64,000 bases of DNA, taken from Gemmatimonadaceae bacterium. Its GTDB lineage: Bacteria; Gemmatimonadota; Gemmatimonadetes; Gemmatimonadales; Gemmatimonadaceae. The position numbers and the translations under genes were made by a program. The DNA lies in contig JBGAJQ010000001.1 in the NCBI GenBank assembly GCA_044224875.1, positions 128,001 through 192,000 on the forward strand. Reading direction: 5' to 3'. Shown here in pieces: positions 10,208 through 20,500 of this stretch; the first letter of the stretch is position 1; every line of letters begins with the position of its first letter. The notes beneath the pieces are model-generated. The model had not been told where the DNA came from. It searched no databases and saw only the letters and a list, made by a program, of their open reading frames with translations.

Positions 10208-10549
10208 CTAACGTGGTGCCTTGGTCTTGTAACGGTCAGACTCGGCGAACACGTTGATCAGGCAGGTCTCCTCCGGAAACTCGGCGCTGTGCACGACGCC
10301 GCTGGGAACTTCGTGCCATTCACCAGGTCCGTAGTCCCGAGCCAGACCGTCGATCGTCAGCCGCAACTTGCCGGAGACCACCAAGCCCCACTGGGTTCCG
10401 TGCGCATGCGGCGCCGCCTTGGCGCCCGCCGGAAAGTGCAGGAACACCACCTGATGATCCGCGGCCTGCGACACCCAGCCGCGGACCCCGGCATGGGACA
10501 CCGCGGCTTCGGGTAGGACGTCAACGAATGAAGGGAACGGATTCGGCAT
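10208..10549 (-). CDS. Cupin-domain protein
   Basis: PHAH...QWG.VVSG.L.LTIDG and G.WHEVPSGVVHSA, the two cupin motifs. Confidence 0.8.
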   Translation of the reverse strand: MPNPFPSFVDVLPEAAVSHAGVRGWVSQAADHQVVFLHFPAGAKAAPHAHGTQWGLVVSGKLRLTIDGLARDYGPGEWHEVPSGVVHSAEFPEETCLINVFAESDRYKTKAPR

Positions 10550-10630
10550 TCCGCGGAGCTCTAGGGGGAAGACTAGTCGTACGCCTCATAGCCGGCTGAC
10601 CGGCGCAGACACTACGTCTGCCTGCAGACG

Positions 10631-11134
10631 CTACATCGCCTTTCGAACGGCGGCGTCGATGTCCTGATCCGAGCCAACCCCAGTGTAGACGACAGTGCCC
10701 TTCGAATTAACAACCACGATGTATGACGTCGCTGGTACCTCATAGGCATCGGCTGCGAATCCCTTCTTGTCCCAGACGATGTCCTGCGCCATTCCGTGCT
10801 TGTCCTTGTATGCCTTGACGCGCTCCACCGACTGGTTCACGGACACGGCGACCGCCACAAACTTCATCTTGCCGCCGTACTTCTTCATCGCGGCGTCAAT
10901 GCGTGGCTCCAATGCCTTGCAGTTCGAACACCACGTCGCCCAGAACTGGATCAACACCGGGCTCTTGCCGACGTACGCACTCAGGTCCGTCGGCTTTCCA
11001 TCCAACGTTTCCACGGCCGCCGAAGGGGCCGGCGCGCCGATGGCGATCCCCGAGTCCTGTGCACCGGCTCTGGCGCCAATTCCAGTCATCGCCATCGACC
11101 CGAAGATTGCACCGATCAACCACGCCGTCTTCAT
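10631..11134 (-). CDS. TlpA/ResA-like exported thioredoxin
   Basis: Signal peptide, G.PAP, PVLIQFWATWCSNC (CxxC), cis-Pro motif YEVPATS. Start overlaps the ccdA stop. Confidence 0.85.
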   Translation of the reverse strand: MKTAWLIGAIFGSMAMTGIGARAGAQDSGIAIGAPAPSAAVETLDGKPTDLSAYVGKSPVLIQFWATWCSNCKALEPRIDAAMKKYGGKMKFVAVAVSVNQSVERVKAYKDKHGMAQDIVWDKKGFAADAYEVPATSYIVVVNSKGTVVYTGVGSDQDIDAAVRKAM

Positions 11135-11844
11135 ATGAGCACCTGTCCCATTTTCACCAAGTAATACTCGGCGACGCCGAGCATGACGACACCAAAGATA
11201 CGCTTGACGCGAACCATCCACAGGCCAGCACGTGGCATCCGTGACAGTGTACCGCTGGACGCGCCAATGACGACGAGCAGCCCACACATGCCGAGCGAGA
11301 ACGTGAAGAGATAGATAAACCCCAGTGCCGCACTTTTGGTCTGCGTCACCCACGTGAGCACCGCGGCCATGACCGGAGCAGAACAGGGGGCCGCGACCAA
11401 TCCGGAGACGGCCCCCATGAGGAAGACACCGGACCAGCGCCCACCACGGCCCGCACGGCTCGCCCATTCCAACGTGGACGCCGGTAGCTGGATCGTAAAG
11501 ACATCCAGCATCGCCAAGCCTGCCAGCACGAGGACGTTGGCTTGGAGGAAATACAGCCACGGATTTGAGCTGACGGTACCAAACATGGTACCGGACATGC
11601 CGGCGAAGAGACCAAGTGAGGCATACACGAGTGCCAAACCCAGTGCATACGTGAGCGACAAGAGCAATGGTCGCCAGCGTCCACGCGGGGCGGTCGCGCT
11701 CTCACCACCGACAATCGCCGCCGTGATCGGGATCATCGGGTAAATGCACGGCGTGAAGCTCGTGAGCAGTCCGGCGAAGAACAGCAGAGGAATCGCTGCG
11801 GCGGGATTCGTACTGAGGTGTCCGGCCAAGTTGGAGAAGTCCAT
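11131..11844 (-). CDS. ccdA: CcdA/DsbD transmembrane electron-transfer protein
   Basis: GLLTSFTPCIYPMIPIT and LVAAPCSAP (two PC motifs); six hydrophobic segments. Confidence 0.85.
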   Translation of the reverse strand: MDFSNLAGHLSTNPAAAIPLLFFAGLLTSFTPCIYPMIPITAAIVGGESATAPRGRWRPLLLSLTYALGLALVYASLGLFAGMSGTMFGTVSSNPWLYFLQANVLVLAGLAMLDVFTIQLPASTLEWASRAGRGGRWSGVFLMGAVSGLVAAPCSAPVMAAVLTWVTQTKSAALGFIYLFTFSLGMCGLLVVIGASSGTLSRMPRAGLWMVRVKRIFGVVMLGVAEYYLVKMGQVLI

Positions 11845-11928
11845 GACGTCGCAGTGTGCTGGGTCAGTCTCGAATCGCGCGCATCCAAGGATGACTCCCG
11901 GAGCATGCGCGCGGGAGCCCCAAGAGCG

Positions 11929-14259
11929 CTATCGCCGGAACTGGTACGCGAGCTTGAGAAACAAACCGTCCGAGGCACGCTGAAGACTCGAGGGTCGTGA
12001 GCCGTCCACGGCCTCCGGACGATCCAGCAGGCTTCCATAGCCAATGAACGCTACGGTGCCAGGGCGCGGTTCAAACGACACCAGCCAATCGGTGCGCAAT
12101 GACGAGCGGGACCGATCGCCGATAGGCGTTCCATCGATGTTCAACAGCTGGCTGTGCGTGACGGCACTCATCGGTGCCGCGATTTCTTCGGATCGGTACT
12201 CGCCTATCACGCGGAAGAACAGGGAGCGCGTCGGCTGATACTCCAGCTTCAGCCGCGGCAGCACGGTGCGCGAATACTGCGAGGCATCGTGGGATCGCGT
12301 GATTCGAGCCACGACAAGCTGACCCTCGGCGCGCAGGCTGGCAGATGGTCGAACGCCGCCAGTCACGGTAATCCGGCTGGTATTGCCTTCGGCGCCCTCA
12401 GAGAAGATTGGCACCTGGCCGATCAGCGCACTGCCACCAAAGTTGAACGTCTTGAGGATCGGCGAGTTGAACCCTAACGAGAGCGTCGTCAGGCCAGACA
12501 CCTTGCTGGGCGGTACGTAGGGGAGCACACCTTGTGCGCCACGTCGCTCGTAGAGACCATCGGCGAACGCTGGGTCGATCTCGAAAAAGTCGTGGCTGAG
12601 CGTCGTCGATGTACTCCAACCACCGCGCAGGTTCACAAAACCGGAGATGGATTCATTCCCCTCGATCGGTGCACTACGGAACATGTCGCCGTACCGCCAG
12701 ATGCGCGTTGGCCCGCCAAAGGCAAACATGTTCTGGACCAGCGATCGCTCCGATCCGAACCAAGCCAGCCGGTTGAACCCGTGCGCCGACTGAATGTTGA
12801 TCCTCGGTACGAAGCCGGCATCGCTTTGGAACGAATCCCCAATACCGGTCACCGAGTAGTTGAACCCCCAAATGTGCCCAGTGCGATCGAACTCCGCTTT
12901 CCAAACGGGTGAGCTGCTCGACGATGACCCGGGTCGCTGCGACACCGAATACCCGAGTTGCGATTCGATGTAGTACAACTTCTGGAACACCACACGAGTG
13001 TCGGCCGCGATGACGGTATTCGTCGTATCGTGATTGCGACGATCGGTGACGGTAATCCCAGCCACCGAGCTTCCACCAAAGTCCGTACGAAGCCGAGCAA
13101 CGTTGAACAGGGCCTTGCTGTCGCGAGCGCCTGCCGGTTTCACGTCGTCCAGGGCTGACAGGTAGGCAATTCCAAGACGGCCGAGCTTACCCGTCACCTT
13201 TCCGCCAGCGAGCGGCGTACCGATGCGCCGGGTGTATACGAGCTGGTTGGGTGTGCTGAAGAGTTCGATACCCTCCAGAAAGAACGGGCGCTTCTCCGGG
13301 ATGAACAGGGCAAACCGTTCATTCACAGTCACGAGTCCGACGTCAGCTTCAACCTGCGAAAAGTCTGGACGAATCGTTGCGTCCAGTGACATCGCGGAAA
13401 AACCGAGACGTACGTTGGCGCCAACCTTCGTTACGGGGTCCTCGTAGGCATAGGTCCCGTCCGTCGGGTCGCGAGCACCATCGTACGAAGACGTCAGGAA
13501 TGGCTGTACTTCCGTCACCATGCCGCGATCGACGTTCGCGATCCCGACCAGCGTCCCGGATTGCTGTAGAAAAGAGTTGGTGGCCTGTCGCGCGTTCGTC
13601 CACGTGTCGGACTTTCCCGTCGCTGGCGAGTCGCGCTGGATGTTGATTCCCCACTGCTGCGGCTGCGTGGACGGGAACCGCAAGCTCTTGAACGGGATCC
13701 GGATTTCGATGGTGTATCCCGAGTCGGAAACCGTGCCGCGCGAATCGAACTGGTAGTCGGGGCTGTAGTCTGTGCTACCACCGAACATGTTGCCGGCGCC
13801 GGCCGATCCTTCCGTGCGCACACCATCCAACTGAACGCCTAACGCGTTCGATCCAAAGATGAAGGCGCGCCGCTTGTCGTTGAAGGTGTCCAGGAAAATG
13901 GCGATGCGGTCGTCGTTCGAGATATTGTCGCGCTTTGAGAGCGTAGCACTCACGGCACGGCCACGAACGCGAGCGATGACGCCGAAGTAAATGGCGCGCG
14001 GCGTGTAGAACACACGCACTTCCGTCGACTCGTCGGCGGCGAGCCCATCCAGTGGCTGGTACTGACTAAACGAGGTGAGCCTTGCCGCGCGGACCCAAGG
14101 CAGTTCGTCTATGCGCCCGTCGATTACGATGTCGGACTCGGTTCGGGGCACGGAGACGGCCGGCCTACTACTTCCGGGATAGGTGTCCGGAGCGGACGTG
14201 ACAGGCGCGGCGGTCGACGCCTGGAGCACCAACAGGAGGTTGAGGGCCGAGCCAATCAT
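11929..14259 (-). CDS. CBM9-like + DUF5916 outer-membrane beta-barrel protein (paralog 2)
   Basis: Same motif series as 7642-9987 (IDG.IDE, NALGVQ.DG, IEIRIPFKSLRF, PDFSQVEAD, PEKRPFFLEG, YTRRI, LFLKLAYQF). Confidence 0.8.
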   Translation of the reverse strand: MIGSALNLLLVLQASTAAPVTSAPDTYPGSSRPAVSVPRTESDIVIDGRIDELPWVRAARLTSFSQYQPLDGLAADESTEVRVFYTPRAIYFGVIARVRGRAVSATLSKRDNISNDDRIAIFLDTFNDKRRAFIFGSNALGVQLDGVRTEGSAGAGNMFGGSTDYSPDYQFDSRGTVSDSGYTIEIRIPFKSLRFPSTQPQQWGINIQRDSPATGKSDTWTNARQATNSFLQQSGTLVGIANVDRGMVTEVQPFLTSSYDGARDPTDGTYAYEDPVTKVGANVRLGFSAMSLDATIRPDFSQVEADVGLVTVNERFALFIPEKRPFFLEGIELFSTPNQLVYTRRIGTPLAGGKVTGKLGRLGIAYLSALDDVKPAGARDSKALFNVARLRTDFGGSSVAGITVTDRRNHDTTNTVIAADTRVVFQKLYYIESQLGYSVSQRPGSSSSSSPVWKAEFDRTGHIWGFNYSVTGIGDSFQSDAGFVPRINIQSAHGFNRLAWFGSERSLVQNMFAFGGPTRIWRYGDMFRSAPIEGNESISGFVNLRGGWSTSTTLSHDFFEIDPAFADGLYERRGAQGVLPYVPPSKVSGLTTLSLGFNSPILKTFNFGGSALIGQVPIFSEGAEGNTSRITVTGGVRPSASLRAEGQLVVARITRSHDASQYSRTVLPRLKLEYQPTRSLFFRVIGEYRSEEIAAPMSAVTHSQLLNIDGTPIGDRSRSSLRTDWLVSFEPRPGTVAFIGYGSLLDRPEAVDGSRPSSLQRASDGLFLKLAYQFRR

Positions 14260-14566
14260 GCGCGTGAAGAGAGGGAAACGCCGGAGGGGCGGGTATAGGA
14301 ACGTAATGGCCTGTCCACGAAAGGCTCAACTTGCTCGGCCTCAACGTGTTAGGGGCCGCGGCCGCTGAGAGCCGCCTCGCCGAGCCATGTCGTTCGCCCC
14401 AAACGCCTGCATTACATTTGGAAGTGCAAGGAAGAAGGTGGCTCATGAGTCCGGCACTGGGGTAGTCGTTCCAGCCCCAACGCGCGCTGAACCTGAGCCG
14501 CGCGACCGTGCCCGCCCTCACAGCCGAGCGGCGCCGGCGCACCGTTCTTTCCGAGCTAGGAGGACC

Positions 14567-16834
14567 ATGCGCCTTTCGCTTCGATTCATCGTTCCGCTGC
14601 TCCTAGTGCTTGCCGCGGTGGCCTATGCCGTCGTGCCACTCGTAGACCGCCTCACGCTCCGGTGGTTTACGCGCGACCTCGACATGCGCGCCAACCTGAT
14701 CGCGTCAACGGTGGAGGACCCGGTCCAGGACCTGATCCATGCAGGAAACAGGAATCGAGTCCTCCAGTTCTTCGCGAAGGTCACGCAGGACGAGCGCCTG
14801 TACGCCATCGGATACTGTCCATCTCCCGATGACGAGCCCGTCGCCACGTCGTCGCTTCCGCCGGAAATCAATTGTCGTACGCTGGATCGGTTTGACGTAC
14901 CGGATCCGTCGGAGCACTTGCTGAAGAGCCCTCGAGGCCCGCTGCTCGTCTCCGTTCGACAGATTGCAACCGATGGCGCACCGTCTGGCAGGATCGTGCT
15001 CGTACACGACTTGAGCTTTGTAGCACGCCGCAGCGCCGAGACGAGAGAGTACCTCTTCTATTTCTTCATCGCGTTGGCGATCACGATTTCGCTGATCACC
15101 GTTGTGGTAGCTCAGTTGAGCTGGCGAGGGTGGGTCCACGGGTTGCGCGCCTTGCTGCGCGGCGAAGGACTTCTTCGGCCGGCGGACAAGTCCGACCGAC
15201 CCGAGCTGCGTCCCATCGCTCGCGATCTTCGGGCCTTGATTCAGGACATCCAGTCCGAACATCGGTCGCGCGAGGACGAGCACATGATTTGGGGGCCAGA
15301 TGAGTTGCGCGCGTTTCTCCACGGGGACCTGCGCGGGCAGGAAGTGATCGTGGTCTCCAATCGCGAGCCGTACATGCACGTGCGGCAAGGGAGCCAAATC
15401 GTCGTGCAGCGTCCGGCGAGCGGTCTCGTCACCGCGCTCGAACCTATCATGCGCGCCTGTTCGGGGACCTGGATCGCGCACGGGTCAGGTTCCGCCGACC
15501 GCCGGGTGGTAGATCGTCACGATCGCGTCGGTGTTCCTCGCGAGCATCCCGCGTATCAAATCCGACGCATCTGGCTAACGGCGGCCGAGGAGGCGGGCTA
15601 TTACTACGGATTCGCCAACGAAGGGTTGTGGCCGCTCTGTCACATCGCGCACGTTCGGCCCACGTTTCGATCCTCGGATTGGGCGCAATATGTGGCGGTG
15701 AACCAGAAGTTCGCCGATGCGGTGGCAGACGAAGCCACGTCTTCGGACCCGATCGTGTTGGTGCAGGACTATCACTTTGCGCTCCTCCCGCGACTCGTGC
15801 GACAGCAGCTTCCAGCTGCAACCATCATCGCGTTCTGGCACATTCCATGGCCCAACCCGGAGGCGTTCGGGATCTGCCCGTGGAGGGAAGAGCTACTGGA
15901 CGGCATGCTGGGGTCCAGCATCCTCGGCTTCCACACGCAGTATCACTGCAACAATTTCGTGGACACGGTGGATCGCTTGCTCGAGGCACGTGTTGACCGC
16001 GAAACGTTCACGGTGTCATACCGCGGCGAACCGACTGCCGTGAAGCGGTATCCAATCTCCGTCGACTGGCCGGCGTCCCCGGATGTGACGGCAAAAACGG
16101 TGACCGAGTGTCGCAAGGACGTTCGTCAGCGGCATCGACTCCCGGCGCGCCACGCGATCGGTGTTGGGGTCGATCGCCTGGACTACACCAAGGGCATTGA
16201 GGAGCGACTGCGCGCCGTACAGCGCTTTCTGGAGATGCATCCGGAATGGATCGGCAAGTTCACGTTCATCCAGATCGCCGCCCCAACGCGTTCCGTGATC
16301 GAGCAGTATCAGGCGTAAGAAGCACGGGTACGGGCGCTGGTGTCGTCCATCAACGCCGAGTTCAGCGATGCCGAGTATCCGCCGGTCATCCTGCACTTGG
16401 AACATCACGAGCCGCGCGAAGTCTATGAGTACTATCGAGCCGCCGAATTGTGCTTCGTCAGCTCATTGCACGATGGCATGAACCTGGTTGCGAAGGAGTT
16501 TGTGGTGGCGCGCGATGACGAGCGCGGAGTGCTGGTGCTGAGTCAATTCACGGGTGCGGCGCGTGAGCTCCCCGAGGCCATCATTGTGAATCCGTATGAC
16601 GCCGAGGAGTGCGCGCAGGCGTTGTACCTGTCGCTGACAATGGCGGAACAGGAGCAGCGGGCGCGCATGCGCCTCATGCGCAGCTTGGTGCGCGAGTTCA
16701 ATGTGTACCGATGGGCGGGCCGCATGCTGGCGGACGCGGCCACCGTTCGGAGGCGTTCCCGATTGATCGAGCGCTTTGAGTTCCCATTGCGGTTGCGCAG
16801 CAAGCATCGCTATCACCCCGCGCGCGTGACATGA
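14567..16834 (+). pseudogene. otsA: Trehalose-6-phosphate synthase (GT20) with N-terminal membrane/extracytoplasmic extension, interrupted by in-frame TAA at 16316-16318
   Basis: AGGA RBS. Motifs VVSNREP, SGLVTAL, YYYGFANEGLWPL, QDYH, FWHIPWP, GVDRLDYTKGI, then EQYQA*EARVR in the same frame, followed by SSLHDGMNLVAKE, LSQFTGAA and VNPYD. Could be a sequencing error. Confidence 0.8.
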
Positions 16835-17625
16835 CGGCGCGCCAGCCCGCCTCGCGACGACGGCGTGCCGAACTGCCGGCGCCGTCTCCCGCGTGGGCCC
16901 ACTTCTTCGACCTGGATGGGACCCTCGTGGAGATCGCTTCGACGCCATCGAAGGTGCATCCCGATCACGAGCTACTCGGCTTGATCGAGCGGCTTCATGC
17001 GGCGTCACACGGAGCGCTGGCGCTGATCACCGGTCGATCGATTGCCGACATCGACCGACTGTTTCCAGACATGCGATTACCTGTGGCGGGGCAACATGGC
17101 GTGGAGCGCCGAGACGCTGCCGGTCGCATGATACGACACTCGTATCCGGCCCACGCCTTGGACGACGCACGCCGCGAGCTCACCGACGTGACCCATCGCT
17201 TTCCGCAACTTCTGCTCGAAGACAAGGGCATGACCCTCGCACTTCACTACCGCCGCGCGCCCCAACTTGCCGGATTCTGCCACCGCGTCATGCACACGCT
17301 TCAGCTGCAACTCGGTGATGCGTACAGCGTCCAGGCCGGCAAACGGGTGGTGGAGCTCAAACCCATGGGAAAGGACAAGGGCATCGCGGTGCTCGAGTTC
17401 ATGAACGAAGAGCCTTTTCGGGGACGCACCCCCGTGTTCATCGGTGACGACGCGACCGATGAGTACGGGTTCGCCGTGATCAATCGCCTACGTGGGTACT
17501 CAGTGAAGGTCGGCGGCGGTCGCACGGTGGCGCAGTGGCGACTGGCTGATGTGAGGACGGTGCGCGAGTGGCTGGCGCAGGAGTTCATTCCGCATACAGG
17601 CTTGCGCTACGCGTCTGCGCCATGA
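16831..17625 (+). CDS. otsB: Trehalose-6-phosphate phosphatase (HAD)
   Basis: FFDLDGTL, ITGR, GQHG.E, EDKG..LALHYR, GK.VVELKP, DKG, FIGDDATDE; ATGA overlap with otsA. Confidence 0.92.
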   Translation: MTARQPASRRRRAELPAPSPAWAHFFDLDGTLVEIASTPSKVHPDHELLGLIERLHAASHGALALITGRSIADIDRLFPDMRLPVAGQHGVERRDAAGRMIRHSYPAHALDDARRELTDVTHRFPQLLLEDKGMTLALHYRRAPQLAGFCHRVMHTLQLQLGDAYSVQAGKRVVELKPMGKDKGIAVLEFMNEEPFRGRTPVFIGDDATDEYGFAVINRLRGYSVKVGGGRTVAQWRLADVRTVREWLAQEFIPHTGLRYASAP

Positions 17626-19409
17626 CGCCCCTTGACCTTGGCCTGGTGGGAAATGGCACGATCAGCGCACTGATCAACCCGACCGCGGAGATCGTCTGGG
17701 CCTGCTTCCCGCGATTTGATAGTGACCCGGCCTTTTGCTCCCTCCTCGCCGAGCATGCGGTGGGAAGTGGATCGGGGTACTTCGCGGTCGATGTGGTAGA
17801 CAGCGTTCGCAGCGAACAGTCCTACATCGACAACACGCCAGTCCTCGTCACGACGATATACGACAGCCGGGGGGGCTGCGTAGAGGTAACAGACTTCGCG
17901 CCTCGCTTTCGGCAGTTCGGTCGGATGTTCACGCCAATGGCACTCGTACGTCAGGTCAAACGTATCTCGGGGAACCCGCGCATCCGGATACGACTGCGGC
18001 CGGCGTTCCAGTACGGGCGCTTCGCTACGGAACGCACGTACGGCAGCAACCATATCCGGTTCATAGGTGGCGACGTCGTGCTTCGCGCGACCACGGATGC
18101 TTCTATTACCGCCATCGTCGAGGAGAATGCCGTCTTCATCGAAGACACGCTCACTGTGCTCCTTGGTTCCGACGAGACCTTGCAGGGTTCTGTGACCGAA
18201 GTGGGTCGACGTTTCCTGGAGGAGACGATTCACTACTGGCGTGGTTGGGTGCGGGCCCTCGGCATTCCCTTCGAGTGGCAAGACGTCGTCATTCGTTCGG
18301 CCATCACGTTGAAGCTGAACGCGTACGAGGACACCGGCGCTATCGTGGCTGCCATGACAACGTCCATCCCGGAGGCGGCCGGAAGTGGGCGCAACTGGGA
18401 CTACCGCTACTGCTGGTTACGGGACGCGTATTTCGTAGTGGACGCCCTCAACCGGTTGGGCGCCACGCGCACCATGGAGCGCTTTCTCGCGTACATCCTC
18501 AATATCGTGGCCGGAGGGGATCAGGCGAGGTTGCAGCCGTTGTACACCATCAGTGGGCGAACGGAGATCGATGAGCGAGTCGTCGAAACACTGCCTGGGT
18601 ATCGGGGCATGGGGCCCGTCCGCGTCGGCAACCTGGCCTATCGTCAGGTCCAACACGACGTCTACGGGTCGGCGATTCTCGCGGCCACGCACGTGTTCTT
18701 TGACCGCCGGCTGGAGCGACGTGGCGATGAAACGCTCTTCCGCCGGCTAGAGCCGTTGGGACATCACGCGGCCGCCTTATTCGACCAACCGGACGCTGGG
18801 ATCTGGGAGCTGAGGGGTAGTTCCCACGTGCACACTTTCTCCAGCATCATGTGCTGGGCCGGCTGCGACCGGCTCTCGAAGATCGCGTCGTACATCGGTC
18901 TCACCAGCGCGGCGGCCTATTGGCGTGCCGAGGCTTCGCGACTCCACGATGCCATTTGCGAGCGATGCTGGAGTCCGACGTTGGGAAGTTTCGTGGCCAC
19001 CATGGGCGGTGACGCTCTCGATGCTTCGCTCCTGCGCATGACGGATGTTGGCTTCCTTCCCCCCGACGACCCCCGCCTGATTGGCACGGTTGAGGCTGTC
19101 GGACGGAACCTGCGGCACGGCGACTTCATCTACCGTTACGTCGGGGAAGACGACTTCGGACGTCCGGAGAACGCCTTTCTCGCCTGCACCTTCTGGTACA
19201 TCAACGCGCTGGCCGCGTTGGGTCGGGTGGCCGAAGCGCGCACCATGTTCGAGAACGTACTTGCACACCGCAACCGACACGGCTTGCTGGCGGAGCACAT
19301 CGATCCCCGCACGCATGAGCAGTGGGGAAACTTCGTTCAGACTTACAGCATGGTAGGATTGATCAGCTCCGCGGTGCGCCTGTCCGTACCGTGGGACAAG
19401 GCCTTCTAG
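17622..19409 (+). CDS. Glycoside hydrolase family 15 (trehalase/glucoamylase-like)
   Basis: W.CFPRFDS, IVAA.TTSIPE...SGRNWDYRYCWLRD, Q.QHDVYG, PDAGIWELRG, GLLAE, GNF.QTYS; ATGA overlap with otsB. Confidence 0.9.
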   Translation: MTPLDLGLVGNGTISALINPTAEIVWACFPRFDSDPAFCSLLAEHAVGSGSGYFAVDVVDSVRSEQSYIDNTPVLVTTIYDSRGGCVEVTDFAPRFRQFGRMFTPMALVRQVKRISGNPRIRIRLRPAFQYGRFATERTYGSNHIRFIGGDVVLRATTDASITAIVEENAVFIEDTLTVLLGSDETLQGSVTEVGRRFLEETIHYWRGWVRALGIPFEWQDVVIRSAITLKLNAYEDTGAIVAAMTTSIPEAAGSGRNWDYRYCWLRDAYFVVDALNRLGATRTMERFLAYILNIVAGGDQARLQPLYTISGRTEIDERVVETLPGYRGMGPVRVGNLAYRQVQHDVYGSAILAATHVFFDRRLERRGDETLFRRLEPLGHHAAALFDQPDAGIWELRGSSHVHTFSSIMCWAGCDRLSKIASYIGLTSAAAYWRAEASRLHDAICERCWSPTLGSFVATMGGDALDASLLRMTDVGFLPPDDPRLIGTVEAVGRNLRHGDFIYRYVGEDDFGRPENAFLACTFWYINALAALGRVAEARTMFENVLAHRNRHGLLAEHIDPRTHEQWGNFVQTYSMVGLISSAVRLSVPWDKAF

Positions 19410-20500
19410 GCGCGCCACACCTCGCCGAGCAGCCGCATCCAGTTGCCCCCGACGATCTTTTCGATGCGCGACGAGCCATGTCCGCGCTTGGCCAGCGCGT
19501 CGGCGATCAGCTCCAGGCGACGAGGCGCGTTGAATTCCGGCACGTAGGTGAACACGTCCTCGGACTCACCGGGTGCCGAAATCCCCAGCCGACGACGTGT
19601 CTGGATGCTCTCGGCGTGCGCCTTCCTGAATTCTGGCGTCAGGTCAATCGGCGTGATCGAGTTGTCGCTGCCGATGCCGACGTGGTCTTCACCACAGACG
19701 TCGAGCGCATGCTCGATGTGACGCAGCACGTCATCTCCGCGTGGTTGCCCCTCGTTCCGCAAGTAGGGCATGAGGTAGATGCCCACCACACCACCGCGGT
19801 CAGCGATCTCCTTCAGCAGGGCGTCCGGCTTGTTCCGGGGCATCTCGGCGATGGCGCTGCAGCCGGTATGGGTAGCGGCAACGGGCCGCGACGACGTACG
19901 AATCGCGTCAAGTGAAGACTGACGGCCCACGTGGCTAAGGTCGACGAGGACGCCCAATTCGTTCATTCGCGCAATGCACGCTCGTCCGAAGCTCGTAAGG
20001 CCGCCATTGGCCGGCTCGAGGCATCCGTCGCCTAACAAGTTCCGGACGTTGTAGGTGAACTGCACGATGCGAACGCCCAGGTGGTAGAAGAGATCCACTC
20101 GGGTTATATCGTTCCCGAACATGGTGCCATCCTGGAACCCCAGGATGACGCCCAGTCGCCGGGTGCGCTTGGCCTCCTTCAGGTCGGACATGCCGCGCAC
20201 CTTCAGTAGCACATCCGGGTGCGCCGCGAACTCGCGTTCCCAGAACGCAATATTGGAGACAGTCTCGACAAAGGCCGGATCGCCAACACCTGACCCGTTA
20301 ACCGTGGCGTTGCAGCCGGTGATGCCAGAGGCCCGTGCGTTCTCGACCATCGCCGCAGTGAACGGCCGGCCGTACATATCGTTGACGTTGAACGGCCCAA
20401 CCGTGGCGAGCAGGTCGATCACGAACGCTGTGTCATAGCCGGGCCAGGCGAACCTCCGGTCCATGGCTGGAGTGATCGCGTCCTCGCGTTCTACGTCCAT
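19406..20500 (-). CDS. Membrane dipeptidase (peptidase M19) family protein, no signal peptide
   Basis: GVRIVQFTYN.RNLLGDGCLEP, MNELGVLVDLSH, ATHTG, PRNK.D, GGVVGI, GEDHVGIGSD, KIVGGNW.R. Confidence 0.85.
   Translation of the reverse strand: MDVEREDAITPAMDRRFAWPGYDTAFVIDLLATVGPFNVNDMYGRPFTAAMVENARASGITGCNATVNGSGVGDPAFVETVSNIAFWEREFAAHPDVLLKVRGMSDLKEAKRTRRLGVILGFQDGTMFGNDITRVDLFYHLGVRIVQFTYNVRNLLGDGCLEPANGGLTSFGRACIARMNELGVLVDLSHVGRQSSLDAIRTSSRPVAATHTGCSAIAEMPRNKPDALLKEIADRGGVVGIYLMPYLRNEGQPRGDDVLRHIEHALDVCGEDHVGIGSDNSITPIDLTPEFRKAHAESIQTRRRLGISAPGESEDVFTYVPEFNAPRRLELIADALAKRGHGSSRIEKIVGGNWMRLLGEVWRA

Noticed and set aside
16316..16318. Stop-codon reassignment or Sec/Pyl recoding in otsA
   Set aside because: The codon is TAA, which ends several other genes here; Sec and Pyl use TGA and TAG.
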